Source: Candidatus Cloacimonadota bacterium
Lineage (GTDB): Bacteria; Cloacimonadota; Cloacimonadia; Cloacimonadales; Cloacimonadaceae
Length of the DNA stretch: 64,000 nucleotides
Assembly: GCA_017994635.1 (NCBI GenBank)
Contig: JAGOKK010000001.1
Span: 140-64,139, forward strand
Direction of reading: 5' to 3'
The position numbers were made by a program, and so were the translations under genes. Shown here piece after piece: positions 1 to 9,031 of this stretch. The notes under the pieces are model-generated. The model saw only the letters and a program-made list of their open reading frames with translations, made no database searches and had not been told where the DNA came from. How positions within the stretch are numbered: the first letter of the stretch is position 1; each line of letters starts with the position of its first letter.

Positions 1-1917
1 TCTTTCCTTCTCTTTCTGGGCCTTTTCCGCTTTTTTCTTCTGCATTTTGGCTATGCGATCGCGCATATACTGCTCGTGGATCTCGGTGTATTCTTCTTGC
101 AGCTTGGGATCACGTGAGAAGAAGAAGGCTTTCACGGAAAGGATCAGACGGCGATTGTCCATATCCAGCTCGATCACTTTCAAGGGCAGATCTTCGCCTA
201 CATGGAAAGCATCTTCGCTATGCTCCAGTTTGGGTAATGCGAGGTGAGAAATAGGGATAAATCCCTCCACCACGTCTTCGCCCATGGGGATATCCACTAA
301 CACACCCTTGGGGATGAGTTTGGAGATCTTTCCCTTCACTTCGGTGTTCACTGGAAGCACCTGATTCAGGCTTTCCCATGGATCTGGAGCGAGTTGTTTC
401 ACGCCGAGGGCGATGCGATGCTGGGCTCTATCGATGGATAGGATGATGCTCTGCACTTCCTGACCCTTGCGGAATACTTCGCGAGGGTGATAAATGCGCT
501 TGGTCCAGCTGATATCAGAGATGTGCACCAAGCCGTCGATACCTTCTTCGATTTCCACAAAAGCGCCGAAAGCGGTCAGGCTTTTCACTTTGCGGGTGAG
601 CACAGTACCGATGGGATACCGATCTTCAATGGTGAGCCAGGGATTGGGATCCATCTGTTTCATACCAAGGGAGATGCGCTTGTTTTCCTTGTCCAGTTCC
701 AGGACGATGGCATTGATGGCGTCACCGTTCTTGAGGATTTTCCGGGCATCGGTAATCTTCTTGGTCCAGCTCATTTCGCTGATGTGAACCAGGCCTTCTA
801 CGCCGGGTTCGATTTCCACAAAGGCTCCAAATGATTTCACGCTCACCACTTTACCGGTGATGCGGGTGCCTTCAGGATACTTGATCTCTATGTTTTCCCA
901 TGGATGGGGGACCAACTGTTTCAGACCAAGAGAAATCTTATTGGTTTCAGTATCAAAATTGATGACCTTCACCTTCACTTTGTCGCCAATGGCAAGCATT
1001 TCCGAGGGATGCGTGAGCTTTCCCCAGGACATGTCGGTAAGGTGCAGCAAGCCGTCGATGCCGCCAAGATCAATGAAAGCTCCGTATTGAGTGATGTTTT
1101 TTACTTCACCTTCAAGCTCGGAGTCGATCTGAATCTTTGTCAGCAGTTCTTCGCGTTTTACCGCAGCTTCCTCTTCCATTACAGCACGACGTGAAAGGAT
1201 GATGTTGCTGTGTTCTTCGTCAATATTCACCACCTTGAATTGCATCTCTTTGCCGATGAACTGATCCAAATTGGGAATGGGTTTCAGGGACATCTGACTT
1301 CCCGGAAGGAAACCTTCAATGCCAAAGATATCAACGATCATGCCACCTTTCACTCTGCGACGAATGACGCCTGGCAAGACACTGCCATCGGCAGCGGCGT
1401 TCTTGATTCTTTGGATATTTTCCTGATAATCCGCCTTTTTCTTGGAAAGCTGCAGACGGCCGTCTCCACTTTCGATCTTGTTGATATAAACGCGGATCAC
1501 GCTGTTGCGTTCGGGCGGGCCACTGTATGCAAATTCAGAAATCGGGATCACACCCTCGCTTTTAAAACCGATATCCACGCGTACGTCTTTATCGGAGATG
1601 TCCACGATGGTGCCATCGATGATCTCACCCACTTTGAAATTGGAAAAGGATTCTTCATACATGCTCAGCATGGCTTCCATTTCACGTTCTTCGGGGCTTA
1701 GATCAGCTTTCGGCTTCGGCTCTTCCTTCGGCTCTTCTTTGGATTCTTCGGCTTTTACTTCTTCTTGTGCAGGCTCGTCTTGAGCTGCAGACGTTTCTTC
1801 TTCCATTACCGGCTCTTCAATATTGAGCACTGTTTCTTCTTCCGTTGATTTCGACGCTGTGTCTACTCCCTCGACAGTAATCTCGGGATCGACCGGGTTT
1901 TGATCATGATTTAACAT
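1..1917 (-). CDS. rpsA: 30S ribosomal protein S1 (N-terminal ~639 codons; C-terminal end cut by left window edge)
   Basis: It is not in the ORF track because it is open to the window edge. My translation of the minus strand from ATG 1917-1915 gives MLNHDQNPVDPEITVEG..., an acidic linker, then repeated S1/OB modules (FKVGEIIDGTIVDISDKDVRVDIGFKSEGVIPISEF; GAFIDLGGIDGLLHLTDMSWGK; GAFVEIEPGVEGLVHISEMSW; GAFVEIEEGIDGLVHISDISW). The start overlaps the ispH stop. The plus-strand ORFs 47-1783 are antisense shadows. Confidence 0.9.
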   Translation of the reverse strand, partial: MLNHDQNPVDPEITVEGVDTASKSTEEETVLNIEEPVMEEETSAAQDEPAQEEVKAEESKEEPKEEPKPKADLSPEEREMEAMLSMYEESFSNFKVGEIIDGTIVDISDKDVRVDIGFKSEGVIPISEFAYSGPPERNSVIRVYINKIESGDGRLQLSKKKADYQENIQRIKNAAADGSVLPGVIRRRVKGGMIVDIFGIEGFLPGSQMSLKPIPNLDQFIGKEMQFKVVNIDEEHSNIILSRRAVMEEEAAVKREELLTKIQIDSELEGEVKNITQYGAFIDLGGIDGLLHLTDMSWGKLTHPSEMLAIGDKVKVKVINFDTETNKISLGLKQLVPHPWENIEIKYPEGTRITGKVVSVKSFGAFVEIEPGVEGLVHISEMSWTKKITDARKILKNGDAINAIVLELDKENKRISLGMKQMDPNPWLTIEDRYPIGTVLTRKVKSLTAFGAFVEIEEGIDGLVHISDISWTKRIYHPREVFRKGQEVQSIILSIDRAQHRIALGVKQLAPDPWESLNQVLPVNTEVKGKISKLIPKGVLVDIPMGEDVVEGFIPISHLALPKLEHSEDAFHVGEDLPLKVIELDMDNRRLILSVKAFFFSRDPKLQEEYTEIHEQYMRDRIAKMQKKKAEKAQKEKER

Positions 1918-2798
1918 GATTCCTCCTTAAACAAGGGGATACTGGCGATTCCCGTCACTGGAACCGCGTCCCCATTTATTTTTCTTATCTTGTTATAAAC
2001 TGCTACGATGCGGGATTCGGGGGTGCTGGCGCCCGCCGCCAGACCGATGCGAGCTACCCCGGAAAACATGTCCAAGCTTAACTCCGCTTCGGTTTCAATA
2101 TGAACCGTGGGACAATACTTGCCGCATAAACTGGCCAGCATCTTTGTATTCGAGCTGTTCTTGCCGCCTATCACAATCATCAAATCACTGTCTTTGGCCA
2201 AACACTCGCTGGCTAACTGCCGTTGCGAGGTAGCAAGACAAATTGTATTGTAAACTTTTAGCTCCATTACGACGTCAAGCAATTTTGATACCAATTCGCG
2301 CAAATATTCTATCTTTTGCGTAGTCTGCGAGATTACACAGAGGCGGCTACCCCTGATCTCGGGAAGCTCTGAGCCCGGTTCATAGACCTGAGTACGTTCA
2401 TCTCCATAACTGCGGAGACCGATAACCTCAGGGTGTTTCGGATCGCCCAGGATAAGGACGGGATAGCCTTCATCATTGGCCTTTTTAATTAGTTCGTGAG
2501 TGCGCTTCACATAGGGACAGGTGGCATCAATGATGCTATTTCTGCCATGTTCCAATATGGCAAGCTCTTCCCTGGAAACGCCATGAGATCGGAGCACCAC
2601 CGTGCTCTGCTCTGTCCCAGCGGCATCATTGATCACGAATATTCCTTTTGCCTCAAGCTCTTGCACCACCTGAGGATTGTGAATCAATTCTCCCAATGTG
2701 CACACTGGCACCTGGTGATCAGCGGCATCCAAAGCCAATTGGATGGCCCTGCGAACGCCAAAACAGTAGCCGGAATGCCTAGCCAGACGTATCAGCAC
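1911..2798 (-). CDS. ispH: 4-hydroxy-3-methylbut-2-enyl diphosphate reductase
   Basis: 295 aa. The N-terminus ARHSGYCFGVRRAIQLA, the conserved Cys contexts (ATCPYV, NTICLAT) and the length all fit IspH/LytB. The gene overlaps the cmk stop and the rpsA start. Confidence 0.9.
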   Translation of the reverse strand: MLIRLARHSGYCFGVRRAIQLALDAADHQVPVCTLGELIHNPQVVQELEAKGIFVINDAAGTEQSTVVLRSHGVSREELAILEHGRNSIIDATCPYVKRTHELIKKANDEGYPVLILGDPKHPEVIGLRSYGDERTQVYEPGSELPEIRGSRLCVISQTTQKIEYLRELVSKLLDVVMELKVYNTICLATSQRQLASECLAKDSDLMIVIGGKNSSNTKMLASLCGKYCPTVHIETEAELSLDMFSGVARIGLAAGASTPESRIVAVYNKIRKINGDAVPVTGIASIPLFKEESC

Positions 2799-3475
2799 GT
2801 CCTCTCCATCAGTTTGACGTAATGATCATAAAGGGCATCCACCATTTCTTCAATGCTGAAATCCTGAGTGTCGATGTGAATGGCATCCTTAGCTGCAATA
2901 AGCGGGGCCAAAGCTCTGGATGAATCCGCCGCGTCTCGTTCTCTCATCTCGGCCAGAACTTCCTCGTACACGCATCGATGGCCTTTGGCTACGAGTTCCT
3001 TTTGCCTGCGCAACGCTCGCACTTCCAACGGAGCAATGAGGAAAAACTTCAATTCAGCAGCGGGAAACACCACAGTGCCAATATCTCTGCCATCCAATAC
3101 TACTCCCCCATCGCGGCCCATAGCGCGCTGCAATTCCACCATCCTTTCGCGTACTTCCTGCTTTGCAGAGATGGCAGAGGCCTGCCGGGATATTTCAGGA
3201 GTTCTGATAAGGGAGGATACGTCCTCACCATTTAAGAGAATTGTGTTACCATCAGAATTCTGGGAGATATCAATGCACAGATTGGCCAAAAGATCATGCA
3301 ATGAGGGCGCATCGTTGATATCGACGCCTGCTCTGTTTGCAGCCAGAGCACAGGTACGGTACATCGCGCCTGTATCGATATACAGATAGCCTAGCCGACT
3401 GGCTAACAGCTTGGCCGCGGTGCTTTTACCTGAGGCAGCCGGGCCATCAATGGCTATAATAATTCTCTTCATCAT
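2792..3475 (-). CDS. cmk: (d)CMP kinase
   Basis: 227 aa with the P-loop IIIAIDGPAASGKST and YIDTGAMYR. It is the first gene of the cmk-ispH-rpsA array. Confidence 0.9.
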   Translation of the reverse strand: MMKRIIIAIDGPAASGKSTAAKLLASRLGYLYIDTGAMYRTCALAANRAGVDINDAPSLHDLLANLCIDISQNSDGNTILLNGEDVSSLIRTPEISRQASAISAKQEVRERMVELQRAMGRDGGVVLDGRDIGTVVFPAAELKFFLIAPLEVRALRRQKELVAKGHRCVYEEVLAEMRERDAADSSRALAPLIAAKDAIHIDTQDFSIEEMVDALYDHYVKLMERTC

Positions 3476-3544
3476 CCTTCAAATATCTCCAAGACACACC
3501 ATTTTTTCTAGGCATATCTGAGTCAACCGAAATCTTTACTTTTC

Positions 3545-3658
3545 TTGCTCCCTGCCAGCCCGAACGCCACCCCCAGGCCTCCCGAACTCCTCTCGAACCC
3601 AGTTCAGGTAGAGTTCAAGTGGGATTCAGGAGGAATTCAAGCTACAAGGGGGGAGCAA
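3545..3658. repeat. Copy 1 of a dispersed ~115-bp imperfect palindromic element made of 11-nt phased GTTCARG units
   Basis: The right arm reads gttcaggtaga gttcaagtggg attcaggagga attcaagctac aaggggggagcaa. The reverse complement of the left arm reads gttcgagagga gttcgggaggc ctgggggtggc gttcgggctgg cagggagcaa. Termini are TTGCTCC and GGAGCAA. The same architecture occurs at 25081-25198 and 50105-50218. Confidence 0.8.
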
Positions 3659-3891
3659 TATCTGACAGAGGAGGAGGATGTATTCTCTTAATTGGCCAAG
3701 CACAATAACATGAGTAGTGAAAAGAGCCTCAATATTCCAATGAGAACTGCGTGCCTATAGCTATGCTATGCAGAGCGTTATGGCAACAGCATCAAAGATA
3801 CAGGCGTCAGCAGTAAAGATTTTCCTTGTCTATTTTTGCACTGTCCCAAATATAGGGCACAAAGAAAATATCACACAAGGAAGTGTCCTAA

Positions 3892-5088
3892 ATGCAGCTA
3901 TCAAAACGCGCAATCGAGATTCAGGCTTCCCCTATCAGGAAACTGATGCCTTACGCCAATAGTGCAAAGGCCAGGGGAATCAAGGTCTATCATCTCAATA
4001 TCGGTCAACCTGATATTGCCACTCCCCCCGAAATGCTCAAGGTTTATCACGAGTTTTCGGACAAGGTGCTGGCCTACGGTCCCTCGCAAGGACTGGAAGT
4101 GTATCAGGAAGGTCTGGTACATTATTACTCCAGGATCGGCATCCAACTCTCCACGAAAGATATCATCGTGACCACAGCGGGAAGCGAAGCCGTCACTTTT
4201 GCCATGATGGTGGTGGCTAATGAAGGTGACGAGATCATCGTACCCGAACCTTTTTATACGAATTATAACGGATTTGCCACTATGGCATCGATCCATCTGA
4301 AAGCCGTAACCACCCATGCTGAAAACGGCTTTGCCCTGCCAGATAACGCTGAAATCGAGAAGCTGATCAATGCCAAGACCAGGGCGATCATGCTATGTAA
4401 TCCCGGCAATCCCACTGGTACTGTCTATAGCAGAGAAGAGCTCTTCCGCGTGGCGGATATCTGTAAGAAACATGGACTCTACCTTATTTCAGACGAAGTG
4501 TATCGCGAGTTTATCTACGATGGGCTCAAACATACATCAGTACTGGAAGTTCCGGATTTTGAGGATCATGCCATCATGGTAGATAGCGTTTCCAAACGTT
4601 ACTCGGCCTGTGGTGCGCGCATTGGCTGCATCGTATGTCGCAATCATGATTTGATGGCCGCTACATTGAAGTTCGCCCAGGCCAGATTGTGCCCCCCCAC
4701 AGTGGATCAATTGGCAGCCAATGCCTGTGTACGCTTACCGGATAGCTACTTTGAGGAGATAGTAAGCGAATATCAGTCTCGTCGTGACCTGGTGTTTGAT
4801 TCCCTGGCCAGGATCGATGGCATCATCTGCAAAAAGCCGGAAGGCGCGTTCTATATCGTAGCCAAGCTGCCCATCGCTGATGCCGAGGATTTCGTGATGT
4901 GGCTTCTGAACGACTTCAGTATCAATAATGAGACCGTGATGGCTGCTCCCGCGGAAGGCTTCTATGCTACTCCGGGCCTGGGTAAAAACGAATTGCGCCT
5001 GGCCTACATCCTGAATAGGGATGATCTAGCTAAAGCCATGCACATCTTTAGCGAAGGTCTGGCTGAGTACAAGCGTATAAAGGGCTGA
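3892..5088 (+). CDS. Pyridoxal-phosphate-dependent aminotransferase, class I (aspartate/aromatic type)
   Basis: 398 aa. It carries ASPIRKL near the N-terminus, NPGNPTG, and the PLP-lysine context SVSKRYSACGARIG. Confidence 0.85.
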   Translation: MQLSKRAIEIQASPIRKLMPYANSAKARGIKVYHLNIGQPDIATPPEMLKVYHEFSDKVLAYGPSQGLEVYQEGLVHYYSRIGIQLSTKDIIVTTAGSEAVTFAMMVVANEGDEIIVPEPFYTNYNGFATMASIHLKAVTTHAENGFALPDNAEIEKLINAKTRAIMLCNPGNPTGTVYSREELFRVADICKKHGLYLISDEVYREFIYDGLKHTSVLEVPDFEDHAIMVDSVSKRYSACGARIGCIVCRNHDLMAATLKFAQARLCPPTVDQLAANACVRLPDSYFEEIVSEYQSRRDLVFDSLARIDGIICKKPEGAFYIVAKLPIADAEDFVMWLLNDFSINNETVMAAPAEGFYATPGLGKNELRLAYILNRDDLAKAMHIFSEGLAEYKRIKG

Positions 5089-5092
5089 TTGG

Positions 5093-5689
5093 ATGAACGA
5101 CAGCATCATTCTGCGCCACATTTTGGAAGGTCTGATCCACAATCTGAACAATCCGTTGAATCTGATCCTGGGCTATTCACAAAGGTTGAAACAGGGACCT
5201 AAGGATTGCCCTGAAGCGGAAAAGATATACCGCGCGGGAATTGAGATCGACGATATGATCAAAGAAGTGGTGCAGAAGCTGTGGGACAATTCATTTGACA
5301 TAAAACAGAAACTTAACCTGATAGAATGGCTGGAGGGGGAGCTGAAGTATCTCTGGCATCATCTACCTTTCAAACACCAGATTGTCTTTCAAAGGGTGGA
5401 CACGGTAGATGACGCCAGAGTGATGGCTTCCCCGCTGCAGCTCGCTGGATGGTATGAATCCAGCCTTTTCGTATATTTAAAGGCAGCTCCGGAATTGAAG
5501 ATTATCACCGGTGTCTGCCGTCATGCCGATGCTCTGGCACTCTACATCATGCCCCGCGAACCAGAAAATATCAGCGCAGAAGCACTGTTTTCCGGCTTCA
5601 GTGAAGGGGAATCGAGCATCCTGGAGGAAAAGAGCATTGAAACCGCTTGGGATTATGATTCCAAATGTCTTTATGGGATATGCCTATGA
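5093..5689 (+). CDS. Cytoplasmic histidine-kinase-like protein: DHp H-box present, no sensor or TM region, catalytic domain degenerate
   Basis: 198 aa. There is an H-box-like segment LIHNLNNPLNLILGYSQRL (His codon 5138-5140). I could not recognise N, G1 or G2 ATP-lid boxes. The stop overlaps the start of the downstream response regulator (ATGA at 5686-5689). Confidence 0.5.
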   Translation: MNDSIILRHILEGLIHNLNNPLNLILGYSQRLKQGPKDCPEAEKIYRAGIEIDDMIKEVVQKLWDNSFDIKQKLNLIEWLEGELKYLWHHLPFKHQIVFQRVDTVDDARVMASPLQLAGWYESSLFVYLKAAPELKIITGVCRHADALALYIMPREPENISAEALFSGFSEGESSILEEKSIETAWDYDSKCLYGICL

Positions 5690-7095
5690 CACATTCAATA
5701 CTATTGGTTGATGATTCTCTCGAAAGCCTCGAATTGATGGCATCGCAATTGGAGGATAAATACGCGGTCTGTGCGGTCACCAGTATCTCCGAAGCACGTG
5801 AAAAGCTCACTCAAACTCGTTTTCACGTCGCCTTCGTGGACCTAGTGCTACCGGGTGAAAATGGTCTGGATCTGATCCGTGACATCACAGCACAGTATCC
5901 CTTTATGGCGGTGATCGCCATCAGTGGCCAGGCCTCTATCGAAACGGCAGTGGAGGCGATGAAGCTGGGTGCCAGCGATTTTATCGTGAAACCAGTGCGC
6001 AATCTGGAACTGCTGCAGATCATGGTGGAAAAGATGCTACAGACACAGTGGCTGATAGCGGAAAACCGCAGGCTAAACGCAATGATTCACAAGGAATTGG
6101 ATACAAACATGGTGATCGGCAATAGCCCCGCCATCCAAAATCTGATTCACAAGGTGAAAAAGATAGCCACCCTGGATACAACAGCTCTGATCACTGGCGA
6201 AACGGGCGTGGGAAAAAGTGTATTCGCGGATCTACTGCATCGAAATAGCAATCGCCGCAACAACAAATTTGTGGCTGTGAACTGTGGTAGTCTAACGGAA
6301 ACCTTGCTGGAGAGCTTGCTCTTTGGCCATAAACGCGGAGCATTTACCGACGCGCATCGTGACAAAATTGGTTACTTTCAGGAAGCTAGCGGAGGAACGC
6401 TATTCCTGGATGAAATCACCGAAACTTCTCTCGCTTTTCAAGTGAAACTACTCAAGGTATTGGAAAGCGGGCAATTCAGAGCAGTTGGCTCGGACAGCGA
6501 TCTGCAGACCGATGTACGCATCATCGCCGCGACCAATAAAGACCTGAAAAAGATGGTGGCAGAAGGCAGCTTCAGAGAAGACCTTTACTATCGTCTGAAC
6601 GTGATCACTCTCTTTATCCCACCTCTCAGAGAACGCCGCGACGACATCAAAATCCTCGCCAACGCCTTTGTGAAGGAATTTTGTACCAAGTATGGCAAGA
6701 CGGAATTGAAGATCTCCCCCGGAGTGCTGTCCCTGCTCCTGAACTACAAGTGGAGTGGCAACATCAGGGAACTGCGCAATGCCATCGAACACGCAGTGGT
6801 TTTGGCAGAGAATAAAGTGATCCAGCCCGATGATCTTCCGGAAAGCATCGCGGGGACAATCACTCACGCCGATCAGGGCTTCACTCTAGATGAAATCCCC
6901 TGGTCGAAGGCTAAAGACGAATTTGGTAAACACTATCTGCACAGTTTATTGATCCGAACTGGAGGGAACATCCTCCGGGCTGCGGGCATTGCAGAGATTA
7001 CCCGTGAGAACTTCTACAAAAAATGCACGAAGCTGGGTCTGGACTGGCGCGAGTATCGCAAGCCCGGCGAAAATGAAATTGGTGGTGAATCATGA
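5686..7095 (+). CDS. Sigma-54-dependent response regulator (NtrC family: receiver + AAA+ + Fis-type HTH)
   Basis: The receiver has ILLVDD and VAFVDLVLPG, and the Walker A is GETGVGKS. The GAFTGA loop reads GAFTDA (6337-6354). Also present are TLFLDEI, the R-finger region NIRELRN and a C-terminal HTH GGNILRAAGIAEITRENFYKK. I chose the ATG at 5686 (MTHSILLVDD) over the ORF-track start at 5665. Confidence 0.85.
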   Translation: MTHSILLVDDSLESLELMASQLEDKYAVCAVTSISEAREKLTQTRFHVAFVDLVLPGENGLDLIRDITAQYPFMAVIAISGQASIETAVEAMKLGASDFIVKPVRNLELLQIMVEKMLQTQWLIAENRRLNAMIHKELDTNMVIGNSPAIQNLIHKVKKIATLDTTALITGETGVGKSVFADLLHRNSNRRNNKFVAVNCGSLTETLLESLLFGHKRGAFTDAHRDKIGYFQEASGGTLFLDEITETSLAFQVKLLKVLESGQFRAVGSDSDLQTDVRIIAATNKDLKKMVAEGSFREDLYYRLNVITLFIPPLRERRDDIKILANAFVKEFCTKYGKTELKISPGVLSLLLNYKWSGNIRELRNAIEHAVVLAENKVIQPDDLPESIAGTITHADQGFTLDEIPWSKAKDEFGKHYLHSLLIRTGGNILRAAGIAEITRENFYKKCTKLGLDWREYRKPGENEIGGES

Positions 7096-8024
7096 AACCT
7101 GAATGGAAATTATCCCCCTACCTATACATTCTGCCAGCGCTTATCATCCTCGTAGCATTCCGCTTGATCCCAATCGTAATGAGCTTCATAATCTCATTTT
7201 ATGATTGGTCGATCCAGGGCACAGGCAGATTCATCGGTTTGGAAAATTATGCCACAATGTTGAAGGATCCAGTGTTTTGGCAATCGATGCTGAATACCTT
7301 TTGGCTGGTGATCATCCAGGTCCCCGCTACAATCGTGTTTTCCTTGCTATTTGCTGTGCTTTTGAACCGCATCAAGCTGTTTAAGAGTTTTTTCCGCATT
7401 ATATACTTTATGCCCTATGTGACTTCCCTGGTGGCAGTATCCATAGTATGGAAACTGATCTTCAACGAACAGACCGGGCTGGCAAATACCTTTCTGGGCT
7501 ACATCGGCATCTCCCCGCAAGCATGGCTCTCTGAATCCCGCGGGATCTTTTATCTGATCTTCAGCAGTATAGGGATCGAGCTGCCAAAGGCACTACATGG
7601 TCCTTCCCAAGCCCTTTTTGGTATCATCATCATGACCGTGTGGAAATCCCTAGGCTACAATACCATCATTTATCTGGCGGGGTTACAGAACATCTCCAAA
7701 GATTACTACGAGGCCGCAGAAATCGATGGTGCAAGCAAAGGTAAGCAATTCTGGCACATCACGGTGCCCCTGATCTCACCCACCACCTTTTATGTATTGA
7801 TCATGACCACCATCGTCAGCTTCCAGACCTTTGCGCAGATATATTTGATGACCGATAAGGGCGGACCGCTGAACACTACAAAGCTAGTGGTCTATTATAT
7901 TTATGAGAAAGGCTTTGACCTGCTCGAAATGGGCTATGCCAGCGCGGTTGCTTTGGCGCTCTTCGTGTTGATTCTGGCGTTGACTATCTTCCAGAAACGT
8001 GTAGAGAAACACGTGAATTATTAA
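7092..8024 (+). CDS. ABC transporter permease, carbohydrate-uptake (MalF/UgpA-like) type
   Basis: 310 aa, multi-TM, with the EAA loop EAAEIDGASKGKQFWHITVPLISP. The start overlaps the upstream stop (ATGA). Confidence 0.8.
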   Translation: MKPEWKLSPYLYILPALIILVAFRLIPIVMSFIISFYDWSIQGTGRFIGLENYATMLKDPVFWQSMLNTFWLVIIQVPATIVFSLLFAVLLNRIKLFKSFFRIIYFMPYVTSLVAVSIVWKLIFNEQTGLANTFLGYIGISPQAWLSESRGIFYLIFSSIGIELPKALHGPSQALFGIIIMTVWKSLGYNTIIYLAGLQNISKDYYEAAEIDGASKGKQFWHITVPLISPTTFYVLIMTTIVSFQTFAQIYLMTDKGGPLNTTKLVVYYIYEKGFDLLEMGYASAVALALFVLILALTIFQKRVEKHVNY

Positions 8025-8036
8025 AAGGGGGAACAA

Positions 8037-9020
8037 ATGTCCAATCTTAGAAGCATCATCACTTATCTCGTTCTGATCATCTTTGGCTTCACCATGGTGG
8101 TTCCCTTCCTCTGGATGCTGGCCACGTCCCTAATGACGCAATCGGAATTTAATAAGCAGGAGACTCTATTTATCCCCAAAGAGGAATATCACGTCTGGAA
8201 CAGCCCTGAGGGCACCAAAAGAGTTTTAATGGTGACCCCAAAAGGTGATAACAGCGTGATCCACGTGCTGGATAAAGACCTGAACATCATTGAGGAATAC
8301 AAGGAAGTGCCCTCCTCCGAAGTGGAGATTGTGCGCAAAAAGCCCAGTTTCCAATTCTCAAACTACATCAAAGCCTTTAAGAAAGTTCCCTTCGGACTCT
8401 ACTTTGCCAATACACTCTATGTGTCATTTACCAGTTTGATCGGAGTACTCATCACTTCCATGCTGGCAGCTTACGCCTTTGCCCGTATGGAATTCAAGGG
8501 TAGAGACTTCCTCTTTTATCTCTTTCTTTCCATGATGATGGTACCTCAGCCTATTTATATGATATCATCCTACGTCCTGCTGGATAAACTCAACTGGCTG
8601 GATACTTACAACGCGCTGATAGTGCCGTGGATTGCCAATATCTTCACCATCTTTCTATTCCGACAGCATTTCAAGAGCTTGCCCAAAGAACTTTTTGACG
8701 CTGCGGCTATCGATGGATGCAGTACTTTCGGCATGCTATGGCGCATCATAATGCCACTTTCCAAGCCGGTGATCGCGACAGCTTCGATCTTCTCGCTGAT
8801 CACGAGTTGGAACAGCTTTATGTGGCCTTTAGTGATGATCAACCGCCCCGAACTGCGCGTTTTGCAAGTGGGACTTAGCTACTTCAATCAGGAAGCTTCC
8901 ACCCAGACAACTCTGCTGATGGCAGCTTCCACCTTTAGCATTTTGCCGGTATTGGTGCTGTTTTTCCTTGCCCAAAAACAGATCATAGCCAGCACGGCAA
9001 AGACCGGAATGAAAGAATAA
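8037..9020 (+). CDS. ABC transporter permease, carbohydrate-uptake (MalG/UgpE-like) type, with a long first extracytoplasmic loop
   Basis: 327 aa with the EAA loop DAAAIDGCSTFGMLWRIIMPLSKP. About 80 hydrophilic residues lie between TM1 and TM2. Confidence 0.8.
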   Translation: MSNLRSIITYLVLIIFGFTMVVPFLWMLATSLMTQSEFNKQETLFIPKEEYHVWNSPEGTKRVLMVTPKGDNSVIHVLDKDLNIIEEYKEVPSSEVEIVRKKPSFQFSNYIKAFKKVPFGLYFANTLYVSFTSLIGVLITSMLAAYAFARMEFKGRDFLFYLFLSMMMVPQPIYMISSYVLLDKLNWLDTYNALIVPWIANIFTIFLFRQHFKSLPKELFDAAAIDGCSTFGMLWRIIMPLSKPVIATASIFSLITSWNSFMWPLVMINRPELRVLQVGLSYFNQEASTQTTLLMAASTFSILPVLVLFFLAQKQIIASTAKTGMKE

Positions 9021-9031
9021 CAGGAGATCAG

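Noticed and set aside
47-1783. A series of plus-strand ORFs (66-163 aa), some with repeated GxxFHxxxxxS-like patterns
   Set aside because: They are the antisense shadow of the multi-domain rpsA gene on the minus strand. The apparent internal repeats mirror the S1 domain repeats, and the minus-strand frame is open across the whole interval.
3831-3838. TATTTTTG (Bacteroidota-type -7 TAnnTTTG motif) 54 nt upstream of the aminotransferase ATG
   Set aside because: No matching -33 TTTG lies at the expected distance, and the promoter consensus for this lineage is unknown. A single 8-mer match in AT-rich spacer is not sufficient.
3476-3891. Long intergenic gaps (also 15602-15790, 24960-25322, 26121-26410, 32495-32841, 49833-50221, 50844-51151) scanned for tRNA, tmRNA, SRP RNA, RNase P or rRNA fragments
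   Set aside because: I saw no T-loop GTTCGAATC-type motif, no cloverleaf-compatible stems and no conserved SRP or tmRNA motifs. This is a visual scan only, so tRNAscan/Infernal should confirm it.
5535-5540. TGGCAC hexamers (also at 7752-7757) checked as sigma-54 -24 elements
   Set aside because: Both are inside coding sequence and lack TTGC at the N5 spacing. I could identify no -24/-12 promoter by eye in the window, and this is not an exhaustive search.
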